Assembly (NCBI GenBank): GCA_963718235.1
Contig: CAVQYR010000002.1
Span: forward strand, 160,001-224,000
DNA length: 64,000 bases
Reading direction: 5' to 3'
DNA from: an uncultured Actinomycetota bacterium
GTDB taxonomy: Bacteria > Actinomycetota > Actinomycetes > JAHEKZ01
Notes under the pieces: model-generated
The model's database searches: none
Told to the model about the DNA's origin: nothing
Seen by the model: the letters and a program-made list of their open reading frames with translations, nothing else
Position numbers and translations under genes: made by a program
Shown here: one piece after another, positions 8,702 through 16,818 of the stretch
Layout: the number at the start of each line of letters is the position of its first letter
Position numbering within the stretch: position 1 is the first letter of the stretch

Positions 8702-10006
8702 GTGGTTGAGGGTCGGCCTTCGGTCCTGGTCGTCGGCGCGGGCATCATCGGGTGCTCGGTCGGTCTGGAGCTCGCCCGGCACGGCTGGCCGGTCACCGTG
8801 GTCGATCGCGGGGCCGGTCCCGGATCGGGGTCGACCAGTGCGTCGTCGGCCATGGTGCGGTTCAACTACGACTCGCTGCCCGAGACCGCCCTGGCCTGGG
8901 AGGCGGCCGCCCGATGGAACGCATGGCCTCAGCACCTGGGCGCAGTCGACCCGGCCGGCCTCGCCCAGTTCGTCCGCACCGGCCTGCTGGTGCTCGACGG
9001 CGAGCTCACCGACCACGTCACGTCCCTGCGTCACTTCGACGAGCTGGGCATTCCCTACGAGCAGCTGACCGCCGACCAGATCAGGGAGCGCTTCCCCGCA
9101 CTCGACCCGGCGCGGCTCGGGCCGGCCTGCCGGGTCGAGGACGACCACTTCTGGGCCGAGCCGAGCGGTGAGCTGGGAGGGTTCGTCCAGCCGGACTCCG
9201 GGTTCGTGACCGACCCCGCGCTGGCTGCACACAACCTCGCCCACGCCGCCGAGCAGGCCGGTGCGTCGTTCCGCTGGCGCGCGCAGGTCGTGGGGGTGCT
9301 GCGCGACGCCGGCCGGGTCACCGGGCTGCGGCTGAGCGACGGCGAGACCCTCGAGGCCGCGGTGGTCGTCAACGCTGCCGGGCCGTGGTCCTCCTCGCTG
9401 AACGCGATGGCCGGGGTGCTGGACGACTTCCACACCTCCACCCGCGCGGTGGAGCAGGAGGTCATCTCGGTCCCGGCTCCGCCAGGGTTCGGCCTCGACG
9501 ACGGTGGGACCGGCGTCCACGACCCGGACTTCGCCACGTACTTCCGCCCGCACCCGGGGGGAACGATCATCGTGGGCAGCTTCGAGCCGCCGTGCGACCC
9601 TCTGGTCTTCGTCGACGACCCCGACGACGTCGTGTCGCACGTGACCGCGCAGACCTGGGAGGTGCAGAGCCTGCGCCTGGCCCGGCGGCTGCCGGGTCTC
9701 ACCGTCCCGAGCACGAAGTCCGGGGTGGTGAGCGCGTACGACGTCACGGACGACTGGATCCCCTTGTACGACCGGACGAGCCTGGACGGGTTCTACGTGG
9801 CGATCGGCACGAGCGGGCACCAGTTCAAGGCCGCTCCCTTCGTGGGTGAGCTGATGGCGACGCTGGTCGACGCGGTGGAGTCCGGGCACGACCACGACGC
9901 TGACCCGGTCGTCGTGCGGGGCAGCTACACCGGTGTCGACGTCGAGCTCTCCTACTTCTCCCGGCGGCGACAGGTCGTGGCGCACCACGGGATGTTCAAG
10001 GGATGA
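8702..10006 (+). CDS. FAD-dependent oxidoreductase (DAO / sarcosine oxidase beta-like)
   Basis: VVGAGIIG, GSTSASSA, VVNAAGPW, YDVTDDWIP, GTSGHQFK. Confidence 0.9.
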   Translation: MVEGRPSVLVVGAGIIGCSVGLELARHGWPVTVVDRGAGPGSGSTSASSAMVRFNYDSLPETALAWEAAARWNAWPQHLGAVDPAGLAQFVRTGLLVLDGELTDHVTSLRHFDELGIPYEQLTADQIRERFPALDPARLGPACRVEDDHFWAEPSGELGGFVQPDSGFVTDPALAAHNLAHAAEQAGASFRWRAQVVGVLRDAGRVTGLRLSDGETLEAAVVVNAAGPWSSSLNAMAGVLDDFHTSTRAVEQEVISVPAPPGFGLDDGGTGVHDPDFATYFRPHPGGTIIVGSFEPPCDPLVFVDDPDDVVSHVTAQTWEVQSLRLARRLPGLTVPSTKSGVVSAYDVTDDWIPLYDRTSLDGFYVAIGTSGHQFKAAPFVGELMATLVDAVESGHDHDADPVVVRGSYTGVDVELSYFSRRRQVVAHHGMFKG

Positions 10007-12441
10007 AGGACCAGTACCGCGTCGTCGTCGTCGGCGGCGGGATCGTCGGCTGCAGCGTCCTGTACCACCTGGCCCTGCGCGGGTGGACCGACATCGCCCT
10101 GGTCGAGCGGGCCGAGCTGACCGCGGGGTCGAGCTGGCACGCGGCGGGGGGCTTCCACGCGATCAACAGCGACACCCACATCGCGGCACTGCAGAAGTAC
10201 ACGATCGACCTCTACCCGCAGGTCGAGGCCGAGAGCGGGCAGAGCGTCGGGCTCAAGATGACCGGCGGCATCGAGCTGGCGAGCACCCCTGAACGCATGC
10301 AGTGGCTGAGGGCTGAGCTCGCCTGGCACGCGATGATGGGCACCGAGGGCACTCGTCTGCTCGACGTCGAGGAGATCGTCGACCTCGTGCCGATCGTCGA
10401 GCCGGCCGGGCTGGTCGGGGGGCTCTTCGACCCGCACGAGGGCAACCTCGACCCGCACGGAGCGACCCACGCGTACGCAGGAGCCGCACGTCGACGCGGC
10501 GCGGACGTCGTCCTGCACAACCGCGTGCTGGCGATCAGGGACGGCCGGCCCACCGGTCCCTGGGTCCTGGAGACCGAGCAGGGCGAGATCCGGGCCGAGC
10601 ACGTCGTGAACGCCGCCGGACTGTGGGCGCGGCGGGTGGGGCGGATGGTGGGCGTGGACCACCCGCTCACCCCGATGCCGCACCACTACCTGGTCACCGA
10701 GGACATCCCGGAGGTCGCGGCGATCCACGGGGTCATGCCCGCGGTGACCGACCTGGAGGGGTTCACCTACCTGCAGCGGGAGAAGAACGGTGTGCTGCTC
10801 GGCGTCTACGAGCAGAACCCGACACACTGGAAGACCGAGGGTGCCGACTGGGACTACGGCATGGTCCTGTTGCCCGAGGACGTCGAGCGGATCAGCCCCG
10901 AGCTCGCCATCGGCTTCTCGCGCTTTCCCGCCCTGCAGGACGCCGGCATCCGACGATGGGTGAACGGCGCGTTCACCTTCACTCCCGACGGCAACCCGCT
11001 CGTCGGCCCGGTGCGCGGGCGCCCCGGCTACTGGGCGGCCTGCGGGGTGATGGCGGGCTACTCGCAGTGCGCGGCGATCGGCCTCGCGCTGTCGAACTGG
11101 ATCGTCGACGGCGACCCCGGTGACGACGTGTTCGCGATGGACGTCACGCGGTTCGGCCCGTACGCGTCCAACGACACGTACCTGAAGGAGACCACCGCTC
11201 AGTTCTACGCGCGTCGGTTCGTCATCGCCTACCCCAACGAGCGACTGCCTGCGGGGCGCCCGCTGAAGACGACCCCCGCGTACGACGCGCTGCGCGCCGA
11301 GGGTGCGCAGTTCGACGCGACCTGGGGCCTGGAGGTGCCCCAATTCTTCGCCCCGGGGCAGCCGGACTTCCACGAGGTGCCCTCGTTGCACCGGTCCAAC
11401 GCGTTCCCGCTGGTGGCCGACGAGGTCGCCGCGGTGCGTGAGACTGTCGGCGCGTACGAGACAGGCGTGTACGCCCGCTACGAGGTCACCGGCCCCGGCG
11501 CGGCCGCCTGGCTGGACCGGCTGCTCGCCTGCCGGATCCCCCAGCAGGGGCGGATGCGTCTCGCACCCATGCTGGCGGTGGACGGCACGCTGCGCGGTGA
11601 CCTCACGGTCGCCCGGCTCGACGACGAGCGGTTCTGGCTCGTCGGGTCCTACTACCTCCAGCAGTGGCACCAGCGCTGGTTCGACCGCTGGCTCCCGTCG
11701 TCCGGTGAGGTACACCTCACCAACCTCACCGACCAGTGGCTGGGGTTCGCGGTGTCCGGGCCTCGCTCGCGCGACCTGTTGTCCACACTGACGTCGTCCG
11801 ACGTGTCGTCGGCGAGCCTGCCGTTCATGGGGATCGGCGCGATGGACGTGGGCTCGGCCCGGGCCGTGGTCGCCCGGCTGTCCCTCACCGGCGAGCTCGG
11901 GTACGAGATCACCGTGCCGGCCACCCAGCACCGCCAGCTGTGGCGGGAGCTCAAGGAGGCCGGCGAGGACCTCGGGCTGCGGCCCGTGGGCGACCGAGCC
12001 ATCGACAGCCTGCGGCTGGAGAAGGGCTACGGAATCTGGTCGGCGGAGTTCACCCAGGCCTACACGCCGGGAATGTCCGGGCTCGACCGGTTCGTGGCGT
12101 TCGACAAGGGCGACTTCATCGGGCGCGATGCCGCACTGCGCGAGCGGGCCGAGGGTTCGGTGCAGACCCTGGTGCTGCTCGAGGTCGACGCCGCAGATGC
12201 GGACGCCTCCGGCGACGAGGGAGTGTGGTGCGAGGGCCGGCTGGTGGGCACGACGACGTCCGGGGCCTACGGCCACCACGTCGGACGCAGCCTCGCGCTG
12301 GCCTACGTCGACCGAGTCGTCGTCGACTCCAGGCCGGACGTGTCGGTCTTCGTGGTCGGCGAGGAGCGTCCGGCGCGGATCCTCACCGAGCCCCCCTACG
12401 ACCCGAAGGGCCTGCGGCTGCGCGACCCCGCGGCGGGGTGA
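10003..12441 (+). CDS. GcvT-family FAD oxidoreductase (dimethylglycine/sarcosine dehydrogenase-like)
   Basis: GGGIVG, GSSWHAAG (covalent FAD His), FTPDGNP, SLTGELGYEI, SLRLEKGY, YDPKG. Confidence 0.95.
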   Translation: MKDQYRVVVVGGGIVGCSVLYHLALRGWTDIALVERAELTAGSSWHAAGGFHAINSDTHIAALQKYTIDLYPQVEAESGQSVGLKMTGGIELASTPERMQWLRAELAWHAMMGTEGTRLLDVEEIVDLVPIVEPAGLVGGLFDPHEGNLDPHGATHAYAGAARRRGADVVLHNRVLAIRDGRPTGPWVLETEQGEIRAEHVVNAAGLWARRVGRMVGVDHPLTPMPHHYLVTEDIPEVAAIHGVMPAVTDLEGFTYLQREKNGVLLGVYEQNPTHWKTEGADWDYGMVLLPEDVERISPELAIGFSRFPALQDAGIRRWVNGAFTFTPDGNPLVGPVRGRPGYWAACGVMAGYSQCAAIGLALSNWIVDGDPGDDVFAMDVTRFGPYASNDTYLKETTAQFYARRFVIAYPNERLPAGRPLKTTPAYDALRAEGAQFDATWGLEVPQFFAPGQPDFHEVPSLHRSNAFPLVADEVAAVRETVGAYETGVYARYEVTGPGAAAWLDRLLACRIPQQGRMRLAPMLAVDGTLRGDLTVARLDDERFWLVGSYYLQQWHQRWFDRWLPSSGEVHLTNLTDQWLGFAVSGPRSRDLLSTLTSSDVSSASLPFMGIGAMDVGSARAVVARLSLTGELGYEITVPATQHRQLWRELKEAGEDLGLRPVGDRAIDSLRLEKGYGIWSAEFTQAYTPGMSGLDRFVAFDKGDFIGRDAALRERAEGSVQTLVLLEVDAADADASGDEGVWCEGRLVGTTTSGAYGHHVGRSLALAYVDRVVVDSRPDVSVFVVGEERPARILTEPPYDPKGLRLRDPAAG

Positions 12442-12450
12442 CCTGAGCCG

Positions 12451-13290
12451 ATGCTCGCAGTAGCGCTTGCTCTGGTCTCGTCGGTCGCCTACGGGTTCAC
12501 CGACTTCCTCGGCGGGTTGGCGTCGCGGCGGGCCCACGTCCTGGTGGTCGCGATGGTCGCGCAGCCGGCCGGCCTGGTGCTCCTGCTCCCGGTGGCGTTG
12601 GCGGTGGGTGGGGTTGTGAGCGTTCCCGCCCTCGCGTGGGGCGTCGTGTCGGGGCTCGGCGGAGCAGTGGCGTACTTCCTGCTGTTCCGCAGCCTGGCGA
12701 TCGGTCCGATGAGCATCGCCTCGCCGCTGTCCGCACTCACGTCGGCCATCGTCCCCGTCCTGGCCGGGCTCGCCTTCGGGGAGCAGCTGACCACGTGGTC
12801 CTGGGTCGGGATCGGGCTGGGCCTTGGCGCGGTCCTGCTGGTCAGTCGGCAGCACGAGGACACCCCTCACCCGGTGACGGGCAAGGTGGTCGCCATGTCC
12901 TTGACCGCTGGGGGCTTCATCGCGGTGTTCTTCATCGCGCTGGAGCGCTCACCGGACGCCAGCGGGCTGTGGCCCTTGGTGATGTCCCGGGCGGTCGCCG
13001 CGCTGGTCCTGACCGTCGCCGCGTTCTCGGCCAAGGTGGTGACCAAGCCCTCCCGGGACGTCCTCCTCCTGGCCCTGGGAGCAGCAGTCCTGGACACCGT
13101 GGCCACCGCCGCGTTCCTGCTGGCCACCCGGGAGGGACTGCTGGCGATCGTCGCTGTCATCACTGCCCTGTACCCCGCGGCCACGCTGCTCATGGCCCGG
13201 GTGGTGCTGGGCGAGCGGCTCCAGGCAGTGCAGCGGATCGGACTGGCGGTCGCTGCCGGCTCGGTCGTGCTCTTGGCCCTGGCCAGCTGA
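12451..13290 (+). CDS. DMT/EamA family transporter
   Basis: About 10 TM helices; YG..DFLGG, GPMSIASP, LYPAAT, LGERL. Confidence 0.88.
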   Translation: MLAVALALVSSVAYGFTDFLGGLASRRAHVLVVAMVAQPAGLVLLLPVALAVGGVVSVPALAWGVVSGLGGAVAYFLLFRSLAIGPMSIASPLSALTSAIVPVLAGLAFGEQLTTWSWVGIGLGLGAVLLVSRQHEDTPHPVTGKVVAMSLTAGGFIAVFFIALERSPDASGLWPLVMSRAVAALVLTVAAFSAKVVTKPSRDVLLLALGAAVLDTVATAAFLLATREGLLAIVAVITALYPAATLLMARVVLGERLQAVQRIGLAVAAGSVVLLALAS

Positions 13291-13310
13291 CGCTCACTAC
13301 AGTTGGCCAG

Positions 13311-14396
13311 GTGCCTTCCGTTCGCCTGCACATCGGGGCCATGAAGACAGGGACCACGTACGTCCAGCAGACGCTCGCGCACAACCGGGCCCTGCTCGCC
13401 GAGGCGGGGGTCCTGTACCCGAAGCCGTGGTCCGACCAGGTCGAGGCCGTGCGCGACGTGCTCGCCCTCAAAGGGGGGAGCCACCTGGGCTCGATCTCCG
13501 GGGCCTGGGACGGCCTGGTCCAGCAGATCCACGCCTGGCCGGGGCAGCAGGCCGTCGTCTCGGTCGAGTTTCTGTCGTTCGCCGACAAGAAGCAGGTCGC
13601 CCGGATCGTCGACGACCTCGCCCCGTCCGGGGTCACCGTCGTCCTGGGAGTCCGAGACCTCGCCCGAGGAATCCCCGCGCAGTGGCAGACGTCGGTGCGC
13701 AACGGGTCGTCGTGGACCTACCGGCAGTTCCTCGAGGGGCTGACGCTACGGCGCCCCTCGCACCCCAAGCTGCACCTTTGGAAACGTCAGGACACCGGGC
13801 GCATCGCTTCGCGGTGGGCGGACGCCGTCGGGCCGGAGAACGTCATCGTGGTGACCGTCCCGCCCCGGGGGGCGCCCCCGCACGAGCTGTGGGAACGGAT
13901 GTCCCGCGCGCTCGGGCTCGACGGCGTCGCTCTCGAGCAGAGCGCAGCGAGCAACGTGTCGTTGGGTCCGACGACCACCGAGCTGCTGCGACGGGTCAAC
14001 GCGCAGTCGGAGTCCATCGAGATGGACCAGTGGGTCTACCAGCACGCAGTGAACCGCGCCCTGTCGCACTCGGTGCTGCCCGGGATCTCCGAGCCGCACC
14101 CTGCCCTCTCGGTTCCTGAGGAGTTCCACGACTGGGTGCGGCGTGAGTCCGCGCGAGTGGTCAAGGAGATCACCAAGTCGGGCGTCACCGTGGTCGGTGA
14201 CCTGGCCGACCTCGAGCCGCGGCTGGGCGACTCCGCCGTCGTCTGGCCGGAGGAGCTGACCGCCGAGGACCTGCTGGGCGCCGCAATCGAGTCCCTCACC
14301 GCGTACACGAACCTGGTGGGGCAGCGCCAGAAGGCCGAGGCCGAACGCGCCCGAGCCAAGAAGCGTCGACGGCCGCGGGGGGCCACGGCACGGTAG
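13311..14396 (+). CDS. Sulfotransferase-like P-loop protein
   Basis: LHIGAMKTGTTYVQ (PAPS-loop-like), VSVEFLS, RD....QWQ, N.SL. Confidence 0.7.
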   Translation: MPSVRLHIGAMKTGTTYVQQTLAHNRALLAEAGVLYPKPWSDQVEAVRDVLALKGGSHLGSISGAWDGLVQQIHAWPGQQAVVSVEFLSFADKKQVARIVDDLAPSGVTVVLGVRDLARGIPAQWQTSVRNGSSWTYRQFLEGLTLRRPSHPKLHLWKRQDTGRIASRWADAVGPENVIVVTVPPRGAPPHELWERMSRALGLDGVALEQSAASNVSLGPTTTELLRRVNAQSESIEMDQWVYQHAVNRALSHSVLPGISEPHPALSVPEEFHDWVRRESARVVKEITKSGVTVVGDLADLEPRLGDSAVVWPEELTAEDLLGAAIESLTAYTNLVGQRQKAEAERARAKKRRRPRGATAR

Positions 14397-14494
14397 ACGT
14401 CCGCCGGTTGCCGGACGGACTCCCGTTCACTGCATCCGAGGAAGGGTTGTGGGCGGAAGAGGGGACATAAGCCCGTCAACACCCGGAGGATCTC

Positions 14495-15130
14495 ATGCAG
14501 TTTCGTCATCGTGCGCTCGCCGTCGTCGCGGCCGCAGGCGTCGCCCTCGTGCCTGCTCTCGTCGGTGCGTCGAGCGCCAGCGCCGACCCTGGCACCAAGT
14601 CACTGGCCAAGGTGCTGCTGGCCGACACCACCAAGAAGGGCAAGCCGTCGTTTGACAACAACGGCAAGGACTTCGACATCCTGACCGCAGCCGTACTCGG
14701 CGTCTTGGATGCCAAGCCTTCTTCGCCTGTCTCCGTCCTCACTGACGGAAAGGTCAAGCTCACCGCGTTCCTGCCGACCGACGGCGGATTCATGCGCACC
14801 GGCAAGGCGCTCGGGATCACGGCGAAGTCCGAGGAGCGGTTGGCGACGAAGTACGTGAAGGCCCTGGGTGTCGACGGTCTGGAGAGCGTCCTTCTCTACC
14901 ACGTCGTTCCGGGAGTGAAGATCAACGCAGCCACGGCTGCTCAGTCCGACGGAGCCAAGCTCAAGACCGCCCTGGGTCAGAAGATCCGGGTCAACGTCAC
15001 CCACGACGGCATCGTCATCAAGGACCGCAACCCCGACGTCGCCGACCCCAAGGTGATCATCACCGACATCAACAAGGGCAACAAGCAGATCGCGCACGGC
15101 ATCAACCGGGTGCTGCTGCCCACCCTCTGA
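14495..15130 (+). CDS. Secreted fasciclin (FAS1) domain protein
   Basis: Signal peptide; TAFLPTD, VLLYHVVPG, HGINRVLLP. Confidence 0.9.
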   Translation: MQFRHRALAVVAAAGVALVPALVGASSASADPGTKSLAKVLLADTTKKGKPSFDNNGKDFDILTAAVLGVLDAKPSSPVSVLTDGKVKLTAFLPTDGGFMRTGKALGITAKSEERLATKYVKALGVDGLESVLLYHVVPGVKINAATAAQSDGAKLKTALGQKIRVNVTHDGIVIKDRNPDVADPKVIITDINKGNKQIAHGINRVLLPTL

Positions 15131-15159
15131 TCTCTGATCACTGATCACTGATCGCGGAC

Positions 15160-15202
15160 CGAAGCCGCTGGCGGAGCGCACCTGACTCCGCCAGCGGCTT
15201 CG
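15160..15202. terminator. Stem-loop between convergent genes
   Basis: CGAAGCCGCTGGCGGAG / CTCCGCCAGCGGCTTCG 17-bp stem. Confidence 0.8.
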
Positions 15203-15224
15203 TCGGTTCAGCCGTCCGGATGGG

Positions 15225-16761
15225 TCAGCGGGTCACCGCGAAGGCAGCGCTCCCGGCCGAGGTGTACTGGTCGGTCAGCAGGTAGTGGACGACGTAGTCG
15301 CCGGCCGGAAGGGGCCAGGGCCCGCCCTGCGAGGACCCGTCGAGCAGCATCGAACCATCGACGGTCGGTGGGAGGGACCCGGAGTCGTGCAGGCCGCTGT
15401 AGCCCCAGAGCAGGTAGTCGTCTCGGTCCGGGTCGGCGGCGTCGGCTCGGTACACGCCGATCCAGTCCCAGCGGTTCGCCGGACCGTCGTCCCAGCTGAC
15501 CTCGATCGGCTCGCCGACGGAGTAGCGGGGCCGGTCGGTCTGGATCGAAACGGTCGCAGACCGCGAACGGACCCACAGCGAGTTGCGGGCGACCTCGGTC
15601 CCGTCCTCGTCCAGCAGCACGACGTCGTAGCCCGCGGGGCCAAGGTCTGTGGTGTCGAGGCTCAGCACTCCCGAGCTTCCCGGAGCGGGCTCGGTGACCG
15701 TGGCGGCCGTGGCGTCACCGCCCTCGGGGACGACGACCACCGAGCCGTCGGAGGTTTCGGGCGTGTTGTAGTAGACGGTGACCGTGTCACCCCGGGTGAG
15801 CATCCTTTGGTCCAGCGACACCGTCATCGGCAGCTCGACCGGAGTGACGTCGAACGTCGACAGCACGGCTCGATGGTCGGAGGTCCAAGGGTCGAAGGGC
15901 AGGTCCACGTTCGGCCCCCCTGGCTCTCCGACCAGCTGGGCGTCGACCGTGGTGGTCGGGCCGCCGGAGTAGACGTAGTCGATCCGGTCACCGAACCCAC
16001 CCTTGCGGAAGTCGGGGTTGTCCTTGGTGAGCCCAGGGTTCGCGAGCGGGTCGGGGTGCACCTCGCGGAAGGTGTCTCGGAAACCGATGTCGAACAGCGC
16101 CTCGCTCACGGTCCAGGGCACGGCCTCGGTGATGCCTCGCCGGGTGCCGACGGTGTCGGCTGAGTAGTCCAGGCTCGACGGCTGGTTGAAGTCTCCGGTG
16201 AGGAACACCGGGTAGCCCTGCTCCGCCAGCTGGTCCATGTCGGGAATCAAGTTCCGCATCGATGACGTGCGAACGACGTCCTCGGACCGCAGTACCTCCT
16301 CGAGCGGCATGCCGTCGAGGAGGAGCTTGGGCCCGTACTTGACGTAGTCGAGGTGGGTGTTGAAGAAGGCCACTGCATACCCCGGCTCGACCTCGATCAA
16401 GGCGTACAGGCCGTCGGCGCCGGACGGCTCGTGGATCGGGTACTTCGACAAGAGCTGAAGCCCCACGTTGTAGTACGGGGTAGCCGGTCTTCTGGGCGAT
16501 CTCCGGCAACCGGTTGTACGACTCGAGGACGCCGACCACATCGGCGTCAAGATCGCGAATCACCCGGTCGGTCGCAGTGGTCCCGCCGTACTCGACGTTG
16601 AAGACGAGGACGTCGAGCTCGGTCGGCTCACCCACCGCGAGTGCCGAGGGCTGCGACGGTGGTTCGGAGGTGCACCCGGTCAGCCCGCCCACGACCAGCA
16701 GCACCACGAGCGCGGGCAGAGCGACGATTTCGAGGTCCTGAGCGAATGTGGCATGCGTCAC
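15225..16761 (-). CDS. Endonuclease/exonuclease/phosphatase-family lipoprotein with C-terminal Ig-like domains (one frameshift near 16480)
   Basis: Lipobox LTGC; FNVEYG, DVVGVLE in one frame; NTHLD, LTGDFN, DRIDYV, SDHRAV in the next. Confidence 0.8.
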
Positions 16762-16767
16762 TCTAGA

Positions 16768-16807
16768 CGAAGAGGCCCTGTCCGGAGCTCCGGACAGGGC
16801 CTCTTCG
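16768..16807. terminator. 40-bp perfect palindrome, probable terminator of the S8 gene
   Basis: CGAAGAGGCCCTGTCCGGAG|CTCCGGACAGGGCCTCTTCG. Confidence 0.8.
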
Positions 16808-16818
16808 CTGTTCTGGGA

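Noticed and set aside
9952-12870. Long antisense ORFs (972 aa here, 933 aa at 55428-58229, and others)
   Set aside because: Shadow frames of high-GC genes with no recognisable motifs
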